A stretch of DNA of 32,000 nt, taken from assembly GCA_026016245.1 (NCBI GenBank), contig CP061211.1:120001-152000 (forward strand), given 5' to 3'. The position numbers were made by a program, and so were the translations under genes. How positions within the stretch are numbered: position 1 is the stretch's first letter; each line of letters starts with the position of its first letter. Shown in pieces: positions 8,479 to 17,988 of the stretch. Origin of the DNA: Candidatus Pacearchaeota archaeon (GTDB lineage Archaea; Nanobdellota; Nanobdellia; Pacearchaeales; UBA284). The notes beneath the pieces were generated by a model. The model was given only the letters and a program-made list of their open reading frames with translations. It did not search any database and was not told the origin of the DNA.

Positions 8479-9066
8479 TTATTTTCTTTTCTTCAACTTT
8501 AATTTTTTTGTTATTTTATTAATTTGTCTCTGCATGTCTTTTATTGTTCCACTATTATCCACCTTGAAATTAGCCATCTTTTTTGTCTTATGAAAATCAA
8601 AAATTGCATTTTCAAGAGCTTCTTCATGCAAAAATTGTTCATATGTTTTTGCAAAGCCACCTCTGCGTCTTGACTTTGCTCTCTTATAACGGATAAAAGG
8701 ACCAGCATCAACAAAAATAAGTTTGAGTTTTAATTTTTCCTTAGCGAGCTTTGTTTCTGCTTGTGTTCTCAAACCAACTATGACAACATTTTTCATCCTA
8801 AGATGATCTTTTACAAGGATGGTATTTATGATTTTAGAAATTAAATATTCATCCCCATATTCTTTTCTCAGTTGAGCTTGTAATTTTCTTAAACTTTTTC
8901 TACTACAATTTTTACCTCTTTTAATTGCTTCTTGTCTTAAATAATTACTAAGAGTTATTTTTTTAAAGTTATATTTTTTAACAAGATAATTAGCAACAGA
9001 ATCCTTGCCAGAAGAAGCAGAACCAGTAACTCCTAGAACATATGGTCTGAATGTTAATTTTTTCAT
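8479..9066 (-). CDS. P-loop NTPase, dephospho-CoA-kinase/nucleoside-kinase-like
   Basis: VLGVTGSASSGKDSVANYLVKKYNF Walker A, YFKKITLSNYLRQEA; VIVGLRTQAET. Confidence 0.7.
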   Translation of the reverse strand: MKKLTFRPYVLGVTGSASSGKDSVANYLVKKYNFKKITLSNYLRQEAIKRGKNCSRKSLRKLQAQLRKEYGDEYLISKIINTILVKDHLRMKNVVIVGLRTQAETKLAKEKLKLKLIFVDAGPFIRYKRAKSRRRGGFAKTYEQFLHEEALENAIFDFHKTKKMANFKVDNSGTIKDMQRQINKITKKLKLKKRK

Positions 9067-9155
9067 TTTCCTCTTTTAAATTTTCAAGAGAGAAGGATTT
9101 AAAAGGTTTTTTATAGAATCAAAAAATTTATTAAATTTGGAATTACTAACTTAAT

Positions 9156-9545
9156 ATGAGAAAACCTTACTTTATTGGAACTTGGGGTGCATGGGAAAAA
9201 AGTCCTGAACAGCTTATTCCAGGAACATTTAGACTATATCTTACAGAGATGGTGAAGATTGAGGATAAAAAAATTATAAAAGGAACAATAGAAGATTGTT
9301 TTGGGGAAGCAACTTTTGAGGGCGAAATGTGTTCAAGTCATATTAAGTTTACAAAAAGATATTCTAAAGAAGCTATTGAAAAGGGAGGTCATTGGGATAA
9401 AATTGAATATAGAGGAGCAGAGGTGAACGGCCTTTATGCTGGAAAATTCATTATTGTAAATGGAATACTTGATAATATCGGCACAGTTGGTAATTGGGAA
9501 GGCACTTTTTATATGTCTCAGTATTTTGGCCCTTCTTTAAATTAG
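9156..9545 (+). CDS. hypothetical beta-rich small protein
   Basis: Intact ORF MRKPYFIGTWGAWEKSPEQLIPG...; alternating beta-strand-like pattern. Confidence 0.6.
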   Translation: MRKPYFIGTWGAWEKSPEQLIPGTFRLYLTEMVKIEDKKIIKGTIEDCFGEATFEGEMCSSHIKFTKRYSKEAIEKGGHWDKIEYRGAEVNGLYAGKFIIVNGILDNIGTVGNWEGTFYMSQYFGPSLN

Positions 9546-9549
9546 GAAA

Positions 9550-10350
9550 TTAAAGAATCCTCAATCTTCCAGGCTTAGGTTCATAAATTGTTCCTTCTTC
9601 AAGAAGTTCAGTAATTTTATTATTAATTTCTTCTACTTTATAGCTGTTTAGTTGCATTATTATTTTATCTATATTCACTCCTTCCTCTGCCTCTGCTGCA
9701 TTGATTATTTCTATAATTTTTTCCCTAACCCCCAATTCCTTATCTTGTTTTTGTTCTGTTGTTTCTATTTTCTCTTCCTTTATCTCTGGTTTTTCTATGA
9801 CTGGTTCTTGTTGAGTTGTTGTTTTTGATATTTCTGGGCTGGGTATTGGTTCTGGGTTTGGTTGAGGGACTGGCTCTGATTTTGGTTGGGCTTGTAGCTG
9901 TGTTGGCTGCTCAAGATTTTTGTATAATTCACCATATTCTTTTTCTAGCTCCAATTTGCGGACAAGAAGCCATTTTACATTAAGCTGCTTAACTATTTCA
10001 GGAAGAATATAAATTTCATTATTAAAGTATCTTAATGTTCCAATTATAAGAATGGTATCTCCTGGTTGATTATTTTCTAAAAGTTTTATATTGTCTGAGA
10101 AAGCTCTGACTCTGATTTGGCCAGTTCCATCATCTAGAGTAAGTGTAATATAATTTTTTTCATTTGATCTAAAAGTGTCTATGACATTCGCTATGAGATT
10201 TATTCTATTAATTTCTTTATTATCTAGAGTAAGAAATCTGAATCTTTGTTTTGTAGGGTCATTCTTGTCTGTCTCTAGCTGAATGTTTCCTTTTGCTATC
10301 AATCCTGCTGAGATCTTATATGCTGTGTATCTCTTGATTTGTCCATTCAT
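9550..10350 (-). CDS. RPA-like single-stranded DNA-binding OB-fold protein with C-terminal winged helix
   Basis: ITLTLDDGTGQIRVRAFSD OB-fold signature; C-terminal VREKIIEIINAAEAEEGVNIDKII..LLEEGTIYEPKPGRLRIL wHTH. Confidence 0.8.
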   Translation of the reverse strand: MNGQIKRYTAYKISAGLIAKGNIQLETDKNDPTKQRFRFLTLDNKEINRINLIANVIDTFRSNEKNYITLTLDDGTGQIRVRAFSDNIKLLENNQPGDTILIIGTLRYFNNEIYILPEIVKQLNVKWLLVRKLELEKEYGELYKNLEQPTQLQAQPKSEPVPQPNPEPIPSPEISKTTTQQEPVIEKPEIKEEKIETTEQKQDKELGVREKIIEIINAAEAEEGVNIDKIIMQLNSYKVEEINNKITELLEEGTIYEPKPGRLRIL

Positions 10351-10357
10351 TTTAAAG

Positions 10358-10648
10358 TCAAGTTAATGGTTTAAGTCCAGCCTCTTTTAAGAGGGCTAAA
10401 ATTTTAGATTTGTCATAAGTTGAAATAAAACTGATTTTATAAAAATATTCCTCAGGACTTTTTCTTCTTTTTTCTAAATTAGATTCTGGAATAGGGATTG
10501 GTCTAAAACAATAACCCCCCCCTATTTCTTGTTTTATCTGTTCTAATCTTTCTATATTTTGTCCATAATTAAGATCATTAAGGATAATTATGTCAAGGGT
10601 TGTCTTTCCTTCAAAATCTAATTCCTTTTTTAAATGTCTCTTTTCCAT
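10358..10648 (-). CDS. hypothetical protein
   Basis: Intact 96 aa ORF between RPA-like and MazG-like genes on the same strand. Confidence 0.5.
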   Translation of the reverse strand: MEKRHLKKELDFEGKTTLDIIILNDLNYGQNIERLEQIKQEIGGGYCFRPIPIPESNLEKRRKSPEEYFYKISFISTYDKSKILALLKEAGLKPLT

Positions 10649-10669
10649 TCTAAATTCTTTATGATTTTT

Positions 10670-11020
10670 CTATAAATTATGGATTTCCTTTATTTTTTTA
10701 ATTTTATTTTGGACTGTTTTTTCTAGATTTATATCATGTATCTTAGCTAATCTCATAACTAATATCAAGACATCCCCTATTTGTTCTTTAAGATTTTCCA
10801 TATCAATCTGTTCATTTTTTCTTATATTTGGTTTATTTATTTCTCTTGCTATTTCCCCGACTTCCTCTGCTAAATGGAGGACTGTATTAGTTGAATTATG
10901 GTCACAATTAAACTTTTTATAAAGTAAATCTAAAAATTCATTTGCTTTGTTTTTTAAATCTTCAACTTCCATTCTAAATTCTTTGCACAAATCCTTTTTT
11001 TGGTTGGAAAATATCCCCAC
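10670..11020 (-). CDS. MazG-like nucleotide pyrophosphohydrolase
   Basis: LAEEVGEIAREINKP...NLKEQIGDVLILVMRLAKIHDI has the EEvgE...E..D metal-binding pattern; the ORF start overlaps MCM, so the true start is probably internal. Confidence 0.75.
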   Translation of the reverse strand: MGIFSNQKKDLCKEFRMEVEDLKNKANEFLDLLYKKFNCDHNSTNTVLHLAEEVGEIAREINKPNIRKNEQIDMENLKEQIGDVLILVMRLAKIHDINLEKTVQNKIKKIKEIHNL

Positions 11021-12974
11021 TTCTTTTTAGTCTATCTATAATTTCATCTAGTTCATGTTCTGAAATTTTCTCACTTAGTTCTGCTTTAAGATCATTTACT
11101 GGAATTAGTTTGCCGAGTCTTGATTCTAATCTTACTAGTGCTTCTCTTACAAGAACAATCCTGCCTCTCTCGCTGGCTGGTATTCCTGTGGCTATCCTAT
11201 CAATATCTATGGCTCCTGTTTCTGTATCCATCCCTACTTGAAGAAGGCAGAAGTGCATGATCTGGATTGCTCTTTTTGCATCATCTTTTGTTATTTTCTT
11301 GCTTAGCCTGGCTCTTGCACTTGCCTCACTTAATCTGATTAATGCTTCAAGTTGTCTTGCACTTATTGGAATAGGTCTGATAACATCTTCGCTAACTGCA
11401 GGAGCATTTCTTAAATCAACATAGAATTTCTTGATTTCAAATACTGCCTTTTCTGATAGCTGTGGCTTAATTTTTTGTTTAGCATAAGCAACATACTTCT
11501 TGAATAATCCTGGGTCAATAGGTGGTTTCTCACCTGCTTTTCTATGTTCTAGCAAGACGTGTGTGGCTATTGCTTCATCTCTCATTCTTTCTGGGATATC
11601 TTTCATTGTGAATATGAGGTCAAAACGATTTAATAATGTTGGAGACATTTCTATCTGCTTGGCTATTGGTTCATATGGATTAAAACGGCCGAATTTTGGG
11701 TTTGCTGCTCCAAGAACTGAAGTTTCTGCTCTCAGTGTTGCTTGGACATTTGCCTTGCTTATTGTCACTGTCTGCTGTTCCATTGCTTCATGCATGGCAC
11801 TTCTGTCTTGTTCTGCCATTTTTTCCATTTCATCAAGACATGCTATACCTTTGTTGGCAAGAACCATGGCACCTGCCTCAAGAGCCCAGCCTCTTAGATA
11901 TTCATCTCTTACAACAGTGGCAGTAATTCCTGCTTGGGTAGCTGCTTTTCCAACCACATAACGGCCTTTAGGGGCAGTACTTGAAACAAATTTTAACATC
12001 ACAGATTTTGCAACGCCAGGATCTCCTACAAGAAGGACGTGCATGTCGCCTCTTGACCAAGTTCCATCACTTCTTTGTTTTCTTACCCCTCCTAGAAGTT
12101 GTAAAGCAATTGCAAACTTGATTTGTTCATAACCAAATATACTTGGAGCAATACTAGCTGTAATTTTTTTATAGATATCTGGGTCTGATGCTAGTTCTCT
12201 GATCTGTCTTTCTTCTTCTTCATCAATCTCTAGTTCTTCGAAAGTCTCTTCTAAAGGAATAACATTGTTTGCTTCAATAGCAAGATCAAATCTTGTACTG
12301 ACAGCTCCACTTCTTAAAGGGATAGGCACTTCTTTTAACACACCCACCACCATGACTTTAGAGCCAGGTGTTGTTCTTTCTTCCATCCTTGGCTCTACAA
12401 GGTCTTCTTTAAGAAAAATATTAAGACGTCTTGGCTGCTCTCCTCCTTTCAAGCTCTCTGGACTTTCCTCAATAACTAATCTTTGGGCATCAACCATTTC
12501 CTTGCTTACTAACTTGAAATTAGTACGCCTTCCACAAGAGCATCTCATAGGTTCTTTAAAATGTTTATCTATCTGTAGGACACTTATTACTGTCCCACAA
12601 CTTGGGCATTCAAATTTAGCATTAACAATCTGAGGCCTTACATCAGAGGCTTGTCTTACAATACCCTCAACAACAATTAACTGCCCAAGATGTTTGGCCC
12701 TAATTTCCCTGATTAGAAGATGCTGTGATTTTGGTAGGTCACTAAGTCTGACCTTAGCTTTAGTTATCAAACCTATTTCTTCAAGAGCCAGCTCGAGGAT
12801 AGATGAAACTTCTTCTGGTTTCAAAAGCAATTGGTCAGCTAGAATATGGCTAAAACTGGCTATATCCTGAAATGATACTTGGATTGTTTTCTTACCTTTT
12901 TTAGCATACTTACCTATTTCTTGCTTGTAAAGTTCGAAAAATTCTTTTGCCTCTATAATTAAATCTTCAGGCAT
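10974..12974 (-). CDS. mcm: replicative DNA helicase MCM
   Basis: Zinc motif CPSCG...CSCGRR; Walker A GDPGVAKSVMLKF; Walker B GIACLDEMEKM; arginine finger region SPTLLNRFDLIF; no intein evident. Confidence 0.97.
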   Translation of the reverse strand: MPEDLIIEAKEFFELYKQEIGKYAKKGKKTIQVSFQDIASFSHILADQLLLKPEEVSSILELALEEIGLITKAKVRLSDLPKSQHLLIREIRAKHLGQLIVVEGIVRQASDVRPQIVNAKFECPSCGTVISVLQIDKHFKEPMRCSCGRRTNFKLVSKEMVDAQRLVIEESPESLKGGEQPRRLNIFLKEDLVEPRMEERTTPGSKVMVVGVLKEVPIPLRSGAVSTRFDLAIEANNVIPLEETFEELEIDEEEERQIRELASDPDIYKKITASIAPSIFGYEQIKFAIALQLLGGVRKQRSDGTWSRGDMHVLLVGDPGVAKSVMLKFVSSTAPKGRYVVGKAATQAGITATVVRDEYLRGWALEAGAMVLANKGIACLDEMEKMAEQDRSAMHEAMEQQTVTISKANVQATLRAETSVLGAANPKFGRFNPYEPIAKQIEMSPTLLNRFDLIFTMKDIPERMRDEAIATHVLLEHRKAGEKPPIDPGLFKKYVAYAKQKIKPQLSEKAVFEIKKFYVDLRNAPAVSEDVIRPIPISARQLEALIRLSEASARARLSKKITKDDAKRAIQIMHFCLLQVGMDTETGAIDIDRIATGIPASERGRIVLVREALVRLESRLGKLIPVNDLKAELSEKISEHELDEIIDRLKRSGDIFQPKKGFVQRI

Positions 12975-13112
12975 TTTCCTCTTTTCCTCCTAGCCTTGCC
13001 TTAGCCTAGAATATCTAATTATTTTTTCCAATATATTTATAGTTTATTGTTTTAGAATATAGAGAATATAAATAAAATAAAGAAAAAAGAAATTAAAGGG
13101 AATTAAATGAAA

Positions 13113-13721
13113 TTATCTTCGTTTTTTTCTTGGTTTTAATACTTCTTTAGTTGTCTTCATCAGTTTTTTCATAGCTTCATCCAATTGCTTCCTGTTCTTG
13201 GTTCCTGTACATACTAGTTTGCCATTACTGAACAACAAAAAAGTGGCATTTGGTTCATCTAATTTGTAAACTAAACCAGGAAACTGCTCTGGCTCATATT
13301 CTGTGTTTTCTAGTTTTAGAGCAAGCTCATTGAGATTCAGAATTAAATTTATAGAGCCACTAGCAACAATGTTTTGAACACTTATCTTTGGCTTTTCCTT
13401 AACTCTTACTCCTATTTTTCTTAGCTGTTTTATAACCTGCTTTATGACTTCTTCAACCTGCTTAATGCTTTTTGTGCCTGTACAAACAAGATTGCCTGAA
13501 CTGAATACTAGAACAGCTGATTTTGGTTTCTTTATTCTAAGAACAAGACCAGGAAACTGTTCTGGGTTATATTCTGTATTTGTCTGGCTTCTAACTAGCT
13601 TAACTAGAGGAACTTTTGTGTAGAGACTTGTTGTAGCTACGATGTTCTGAATCTTAAGGTTAGATCTTTTAGGGATTCTGGTTTTTTTAGCCTTTTTCTT
13701 GGTTTTCTTTTTCTTTGGCAT
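13113..13721 (-). CDS. tbp: TATA-box-binding protein with basic N- and C-terminal tails
   Basis: Two direct-repeat halves: IQNIVATTSLYTKVPLVKL...YNPEQFPGLVLRI..VLVFSSGNLVCTGTKS and VQNIVASGSINLILNLNEL...YEPEQFPGLVYKL..FLLFSNGKLVCTGTKN. Confidence 0.95.
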   Translation of the reverse strand: MPKKKKTKKKAKKTRIPKRSNLKIQNIVATTSLYTKVPLVKLVRSQTNTEYNPEQFPGLVLRIKKPKSAVLVFSSGNLVCTGTKSIKQVEEVIKQVIKQLRKIGVRVKEKPKISVQNIVASGSINLILNLNELALKLENTEYEPEQFPGLVYKLDEPNATFLLFSNGKLVCTGTKNRKQLDEAMKKLMKTTKEVLKPRKKRR

Positions 13722-13778
13722 TGAAATTTTAAAGAAAAGTGGCTTTTTAAAGCTTTTTAAAGGTCTCGTCGAGCTTGT

Positions 13779-14519
13779 TTATTTAAAATATCTGTCAAGC
13801 ACAGCTACTTTTTTCTTGTATTTATATCTGAGATAGAATCCAAAAATCATTCCAGCTACCAAGCCGCCGAGATGTGCAGCATTACCAATAGGAAGACCAG
13901 CTGCAGCAGTAATTACCCACATTACAACAAATATTAATGCAATGCCAAACCATAATGGCATGGGTATAGGAATGAACATGATAAATACAGGAACTTTAGG
14001 AGTAAGGATAGCTAAAACACCACCAACACCAAAAATAGCTCCACTTGCGCCCACTGCAAAATTTTCTGGGGATATGCCTATTCCAGGAATAGAGCTTAAA
14101 GGTGATATTGCAAAAAGGACAAAAAATAATGATGCAATAATTCCAGATATAAAATAAATAGCTAGGAATTTCTTATTGCCTATCAATCGCTCAAGAAAAG
14201 AGCCCAGGAACATGAGAGAGAGCATGTTAACAAAAAGATGCATAAACCCGCCGTGAGCGAACATGCTCGTTATTATTGTCCATAAATAATTCCCTTCTAG
14301 AATTGAGGTTGGTTGAAGAGCAACAATTTTACATATCCCAGAACACTGTGTAGGATCTTTAAAAAATCCTAGAAGCATCAAAATAAAAAAGATAACAACA
14401 TTCAAAATTATCAGTATTAAAACAGCGCTTATCTTTTTTCTAGGTTTTTTTCTTGGTTTTTTGTAATGATAAGAATAAGAATAATAACCTCTTTTTGGAT
14501 TTGATTTTCTTTTTATCAT
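13779..14519 (-). CDS. rhomboid-family intramembrane serine protease
   Basis: MFAHGGFMHLFVNMLSLMFLGSFLE, GASGAIFGVGG (catalytic Ser), NAAHLGGLVAGMIFG (catalytic His). Confidence 0.93.
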   Translation of the reverse strand: MIKRKSNPKRGYYSYSYHYKKPRKKPRKKISAVLILIILNVVIFFILMLLGFFKDPTQCSGICKIVALQPTSILEGNYLWTIITSMFAHGGFMHLFVNMLSLMFLGSFLERLIGNKKFLAIYFISGIIASLFFVLFAISPLSSIPGIGISPENFAVGASGAIFGVGGVLAILTPKVPVFIMFIPIPMPLWFGIALIFVVMWVITAAAGLPIGNAAHLGGLVAGMIFGFYLRYKYKKKVAVLDRYFK

Positions 14520-14520
14520 A

Positions 14521-15204
14521 CTATCTTTTCTTTTTCTTTCTTTTTTTCTTAAATCTTTTCTTTGTCTTCTTTTTGACTTTCTTCTTTTTCTTTGTTATTT
14601 TTTTAAATTTTTTCCTTGGTTTTTTCTTTACTTTTTTGATTTTTATTTTTGGTTTTGGAGTTATTTTTTCAAGTTCTTCCCTTATTATCTTAATTTCTTT
14701 TTTGAGTTGTTCTATTTTTATGGTTATTTCTTTAATTCTTTTTTCTTTTGGTATGATTTCAAGTAATTTAGCACATTCAGGACAAAGGAAGCTGTGATGC
14801 ATGGCTGTTTCCTCACTCATTTCTATCCTATCTGCAGGGCATATGTAGAAATTTTTCATCTTTCTGCTTTTCAATAAAGCATACATCGCTCTGATATCCT
14901 TGAGTTTTAACCTAGCAAGAGTATTTAGGGCTTTTATATTATTCAAAGTCCAGAAATAAGTATACCATCCTTTGCGTTTGTCTTTTTTTCTCGTGTAATC
15001 CATTATATTAAAATTAGAAATTCTATAAAGGATATTGCGGGTCTGATTTATTGTTATACCTAATTTTTCAGCAATCTTGAACTCATTAATATTTTTCTTT
15101 TTGAATAAGATATCTACTATAGGTTCGGAATTCTTTCCAGCCACAATCCTAATTAATTCCTTAACCAAACTAAAAAGCCTTCTATCTTTCACCTTAATAA
15201 TCAT
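14521..15204 (-). CDS. tfe: transcription initiation factor E alpha subunit (TFE) with long Lys-rich tail
   Basis: N-terminal wHTH (IAEKLGITINQTRNILYRISNFNIMDYTRKKDKRKGWYTYFW) and zinc-ribbon-like CPAD...CPEC. Confidence 0.85.
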   Translation of the reverse strand: MIIKVKDRRLFSLVKELIRIVAGKNSEPIVDILFKKKNINEFKIAEKLGITINQTRNILYRISNFNIMDYTRKKDKRKGWYTYFWTLNNIKALNTLARLKLKDIRAMYALLKSRKMKNFYICPADRIEMSEETAMHHSFLCPECAKLLEIIPKEKRIKEITIKIEQLKKEIKIIREELEKITPKPKIKIKKVKKKPRKKFKKITKKKKKVKKKTKKRFKKKRKKKKR

Positions 15205-15281
15205 TTTATCCCCTTTTATGATTTTGCTGTAACAATCTAATGAATAGAAATCTTTTTATATTTTAAATAGTTTTCCGTCAT

Positions 15282-15854
15282 ATGCCTGTTTTAAAGAAAA
15301 AAAAGAAAAAAGAGGTTAAGATGCCAGAGACCCCAGAAATAGAGACCCCTGAGTTTTCATATCCTGAAATTGAAGAGATTAAGAAAGGAATAGAACCTAT
15401 AACAGAAGCAGGAGTTTCAGAATTGCCAGAACTGCCAGAAATGCCTGAACTTCCTGAACTTCCGCAGATGGTAGAAGATGGTATTTCAAAGGAAGAGGAG
15501 AAAAAAATTAAAAAGAAACTTCCATCAAAACTTACTCAAGAGATAGGAATACCAGCAAGGGCAAAGCTTCCAAAGAAAAAGCAGCCAAGAGCAAAAGAGA
15601 TAAAAGAAATGGAAATAAAGATGCCAAAAGCTAGATCAAGGGCACTTTTTATAAAAATTGATAAATTTAAGGAAATTCTTGCTAGTGTTGATGAAATAGA
15701 GAAAAGAATTCAGGAAGTTTCATCTGTCATAAGAAAATTAAAAGAAATTAGAGATAGGGAAGATAGTGAAATGGAAAAATGGGAGAGAGAGATTAGTGAC
15801 ATCAGGGCAAAATTAGAAACAATAGAAGAGACTCTATCAAAGGTTGAAAGTTAA
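15282..15854 (+). CDS. hypothetical coiled-coil protein
   Basis: Pro/Glu-rich N-terminus (PELPEMPELPELPQ) and C-terminal coiled coil (IKKLKEIRDREDSEMEKWEREISDIRAKLETIE). Confidence 0.65.
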   Translation: MPVLKKKKKKEVKMPETPEIETPEFSYPEIEEIKKGIEPITEAGVSELPELPEMPELPELPQMVEDGISKEEEKKIKKKLPSKLTQEIGIPARAKLPKKKQPRAKEIKEMEIKMPKARSRALFIKIDKFKEILASVDEIEKRIQEVSSVIRKLKEIRDREDSEMEKWEREISDIRAKLETIEETLSKVES

Positions 15855-15865
15855 ATTTTTCTAAA

Positions 15866-16249
15866 ATGGCTGTCTATGTCAGATTAGAGCCAAGCGAAGA
15901 ATTAGCTATCAAAAAAGCTATTCACGAAGCTAGAAATTCTTCTATCATATTTGAAGAAAAAGGAAAAAATGTAGCTAAGCTCAAGAGAAGTAAGAAATAT
16001 ACTATAAGAGGTTTGGCAACATCTATGAAAAGTATTAGTGAGGAAATTGAGAAGATAAAAAATATGTTGCCAGAGCTCGAGAAAAAACAAATAAGAAAGA
16101 GAAAAAAAGTAAAAGTAACAAGGAAGAGAAAAAAAATAAAGACAAGGAAAGAAGAGAAAGTAAAAACAAAAAAGGCAAAGAAAACAAAAAAGGCAAAATA
16201 TGAAGAAGAATTAGAAAGTATTAAGGAGAGGATAGCTGATCTTGGTTGA
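15866..16249 (+). CDS. hypothetical Lys-rich coiled-coil protein
   Basis: Intact ORF 12 nt after the preceding gene; KRKKVKVTRKRKKIKTRKEEK tract. Confidence 0.6.
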   Translation: MAVYVRLEPSEELAIKKAIHEARNSSIIFEEKGKNVAKLKRSKKYTIRGLATSMKSISEEIEKIKNMLPELEKKQIRKRKKVKVTRKRKKIKTRKEEKVKTKKAKKTKKAKYEEELESIKERIADLG

Positions 16250-16856
16250 GCAGGTCTAACAAACTTACAGAATCTTTTCCTACTTCTGTTATGTAATATT
16301 CATTATCTACATTAAATCTGATTGCTTCTTTATCATTATACTTATGTATGAAAATTTTTGCCCTTGGGAATAATGTACAGAGTATATCTGCAAAATTCTT
16401 AAAATTTTGTTTGTATTTTTTCCTATACTGTTCTTCATCCTCACCGCCTTTTGGTAAATAATCATCAGCCTGTCTGAACGCGACTAACACAGCTGAATCA
16501 TAGTCTTGCATTTGTGGCCAGAAGTCTCTTACAATCCTGATAGTATTTAGATGTTCGTCAACCTGTGTTGATTGATAATGTGACATAAGCCCAAACTTCT
16601 TTCCATCTTTTATATACAAACCTACAACACAAAAACAACCCCTAAGACCATCTGTTTCTAGAGTTCCTTTGGTCCATGTTTTTATGTCTGGAAAAGAAAC
16701 TCGCCTTACTAATTCTCCTTTTTCACTTTCCTGTATTCTCTGTACGACTTTTATGTCTAATTTATTTCCGTATTTATCTATGTATACTTTCTTTGCACAA
16801 TCAATGCTTCCTAGAGTCAATAGTAATATTAAAGGTATGGATAATCTTTTTGCCAT
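16221..16856 (-). CDS. secreted/lipoprotein-like hypothetical protein with possible CheD-like Cys/His spacing
   Basis: N-terminal hydrophobic segment with LGSIDC lipobox-like sequence; GCFCVVGLYIKDGKKFGLMSHYQS. Confidence 0.55.
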   Translation of the reverse strand: MAKRLSIPLILLLTLGSIDCAKKVYIDKYGNKLDIKVVQRIQESEKGELVRRVSFPDIKTWTKGTLETDGLRGCFCVVGLYIKDGKKFGLMSHYQSTQVDEHLNTIRIVRDFWPQMQDYDSAVLVAFRQADDYLPKGGEDEEQYRKKYKQNFKNFADILCTLFPRAKIFIHKYNDKEAIRFNVDNEYYITEVGKDSVSLLDLLNQDQLSSP

Positions 16857-16905
16857 AGAACAAAAAAAATAGAAAGCTTTTATTTTTTTATGTGATTATC
16901 CTCTA

Positions 16906-17406
16906 CTATCTTCTACCTTCCAGAGCAAGAAATGATTTTGCTTGGGCAATAACTTCATCTACTTCTGTTACAAGCCTGTCCTCGTAAGCTTCTATTCTGC
17001 TTGTTATTATATATTTGTCATAGATTCCTCTGAAGAACTTGGTTACAGGATTTACTTCCCATCTGTTTTCCCAGTCACGTTCAAGAAAACTATTAAATTT
17101 TATTTCCATCTCACCTTTATCTTTCTTTATTTTTGTTCCTCCTCTTGCAAGTTCTACTGTAGCCATGTGCAAAATCCTTATTGTTATCTTAACCCTGAAT
17201 CTGAAATAATCACTTATCTTTCTCAAACAGAGCCATTCAATTCCAACATCCTTACCTTCTGCTTTTATTTTCTCGCTATACTTTTTTTCTAGAACAAGAT
17301 AATCATAAGACTTAAACCACTCATACAAAAATCTATAGACATCTTTAAAATCAAAAAGCCCTTCATAAGCAACTTTACCCTCATATACTGGACTTAACTC
17401 TGACAT
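16906..17406 (-). CDS. hypothetical protein
   Basis: Intact 166 aa ORF MSELSPVYEGKVAYEGLFDFKDVYRFLYEWFKSYDY... Confidence 0.6.
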   Translation of the reverse strand: MSELSPVYEGKVAYEGLFDFKDVYRFLYEWFKSYDYLVLEKKYSEKIKAEGKDVGIEWLCLRKISDYFRFRVKITIRILHMATVELARGGTKIKKDKGEMEIKFNSFLERDWENRWEVNPVTKFFRGIYDKYIITSRIEAYEDRLVTEVDEVIAQAKSFLALEGRR

Positions 17407-17498
17407 CTTCCACCTTTTTTCTATTTTGATAAGCTAAAGAGCATTTAAATATTTTTTTGAAATAAGAATGCGCCAGCCGTGCAAGAGATCTTTAGTTT

Positions 17499-17885
17499 CT
17501 ACGCTTTTTGAAGTAAACTTTCCGGCATTATTGGTTTTTGGTTCCCATGGCCAAAATAACCATAGAAAGTGTTATAATTTATGCCAGAAGAATGAGAAAA
17601 TTCATGTAAGTATTTTTTAATTTTCTCTGTCTCTTTTAGGAAGTTAGAATTTAGTGCACAACCCAGCTGTCTTGTTTCTTCAGAAGTATTTTTCTCATGG
17701 CTTATCCATTCATCAATTATTGTCGCAATGTAAACCCCAGAGCAGATGACTCCAATTTCATGTTCATCTAATTTTAATCTATAACTTTTTCCCAAGATTT
17801 TATCAAGAATTCCTCTGTCTTGATTTAGATTAGCCACAACTTTTTCTAGACATTCTTTCAATGATGTGTATGCTTTAACATCCAT
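17499..17885 (-). CDS. hypothetical protein
   Basis: Intact 128 aa ORF MDVKAYTSLKECLEKVV... Confidence 0.55.
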   Translation of the reverse strand: MDVKAYTSLKECLEKVVANLNQDRGILDKILGKSYRLKLDEHEIGVICSGVYIATIIDEWISHEKNTSEETRQLGCALNSNFLKETEKIKKYLHEFSHSSGINYNTFYGYFGHGNQKPIMPESLLQKA

Positions 17886-17988
17886 AAAATTGTTACTATT
17901 TTATAGTTTATAAATGTTGTTATAATAAGGTTCTGTAAAGTTATCGGTTGGTAGAAAAGGTTAAAAGGTTAAACTTTCTTTAATTCTT

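Noticed and set aside
10970-11020. 47-nt overlap between MazG-like and MCM ORFs
   Set aside because: Probably an over-extended start; an internal Met (MEVEDLKNK) removes most of the overlap.
11500-12633. Plus-strand ORFs of 153, 76 and 122 aa
   Set aside because: All antisense within the strongly supported mcm gene.
15300-15480. Apparent repeats coding for PELPEMPELPELPQM
   Set aside because: Short in-frame Pro/Glu/Leu low-complexity segment inside a gene, not a DNA-level repeat array or CRISPR.
16669-17292. Plus-strand ORFs of 67, 60 and 116 aa
   Set aside because: Antisense to the 211 aa and 166 aa minus-strand genes, no promoter or family support.
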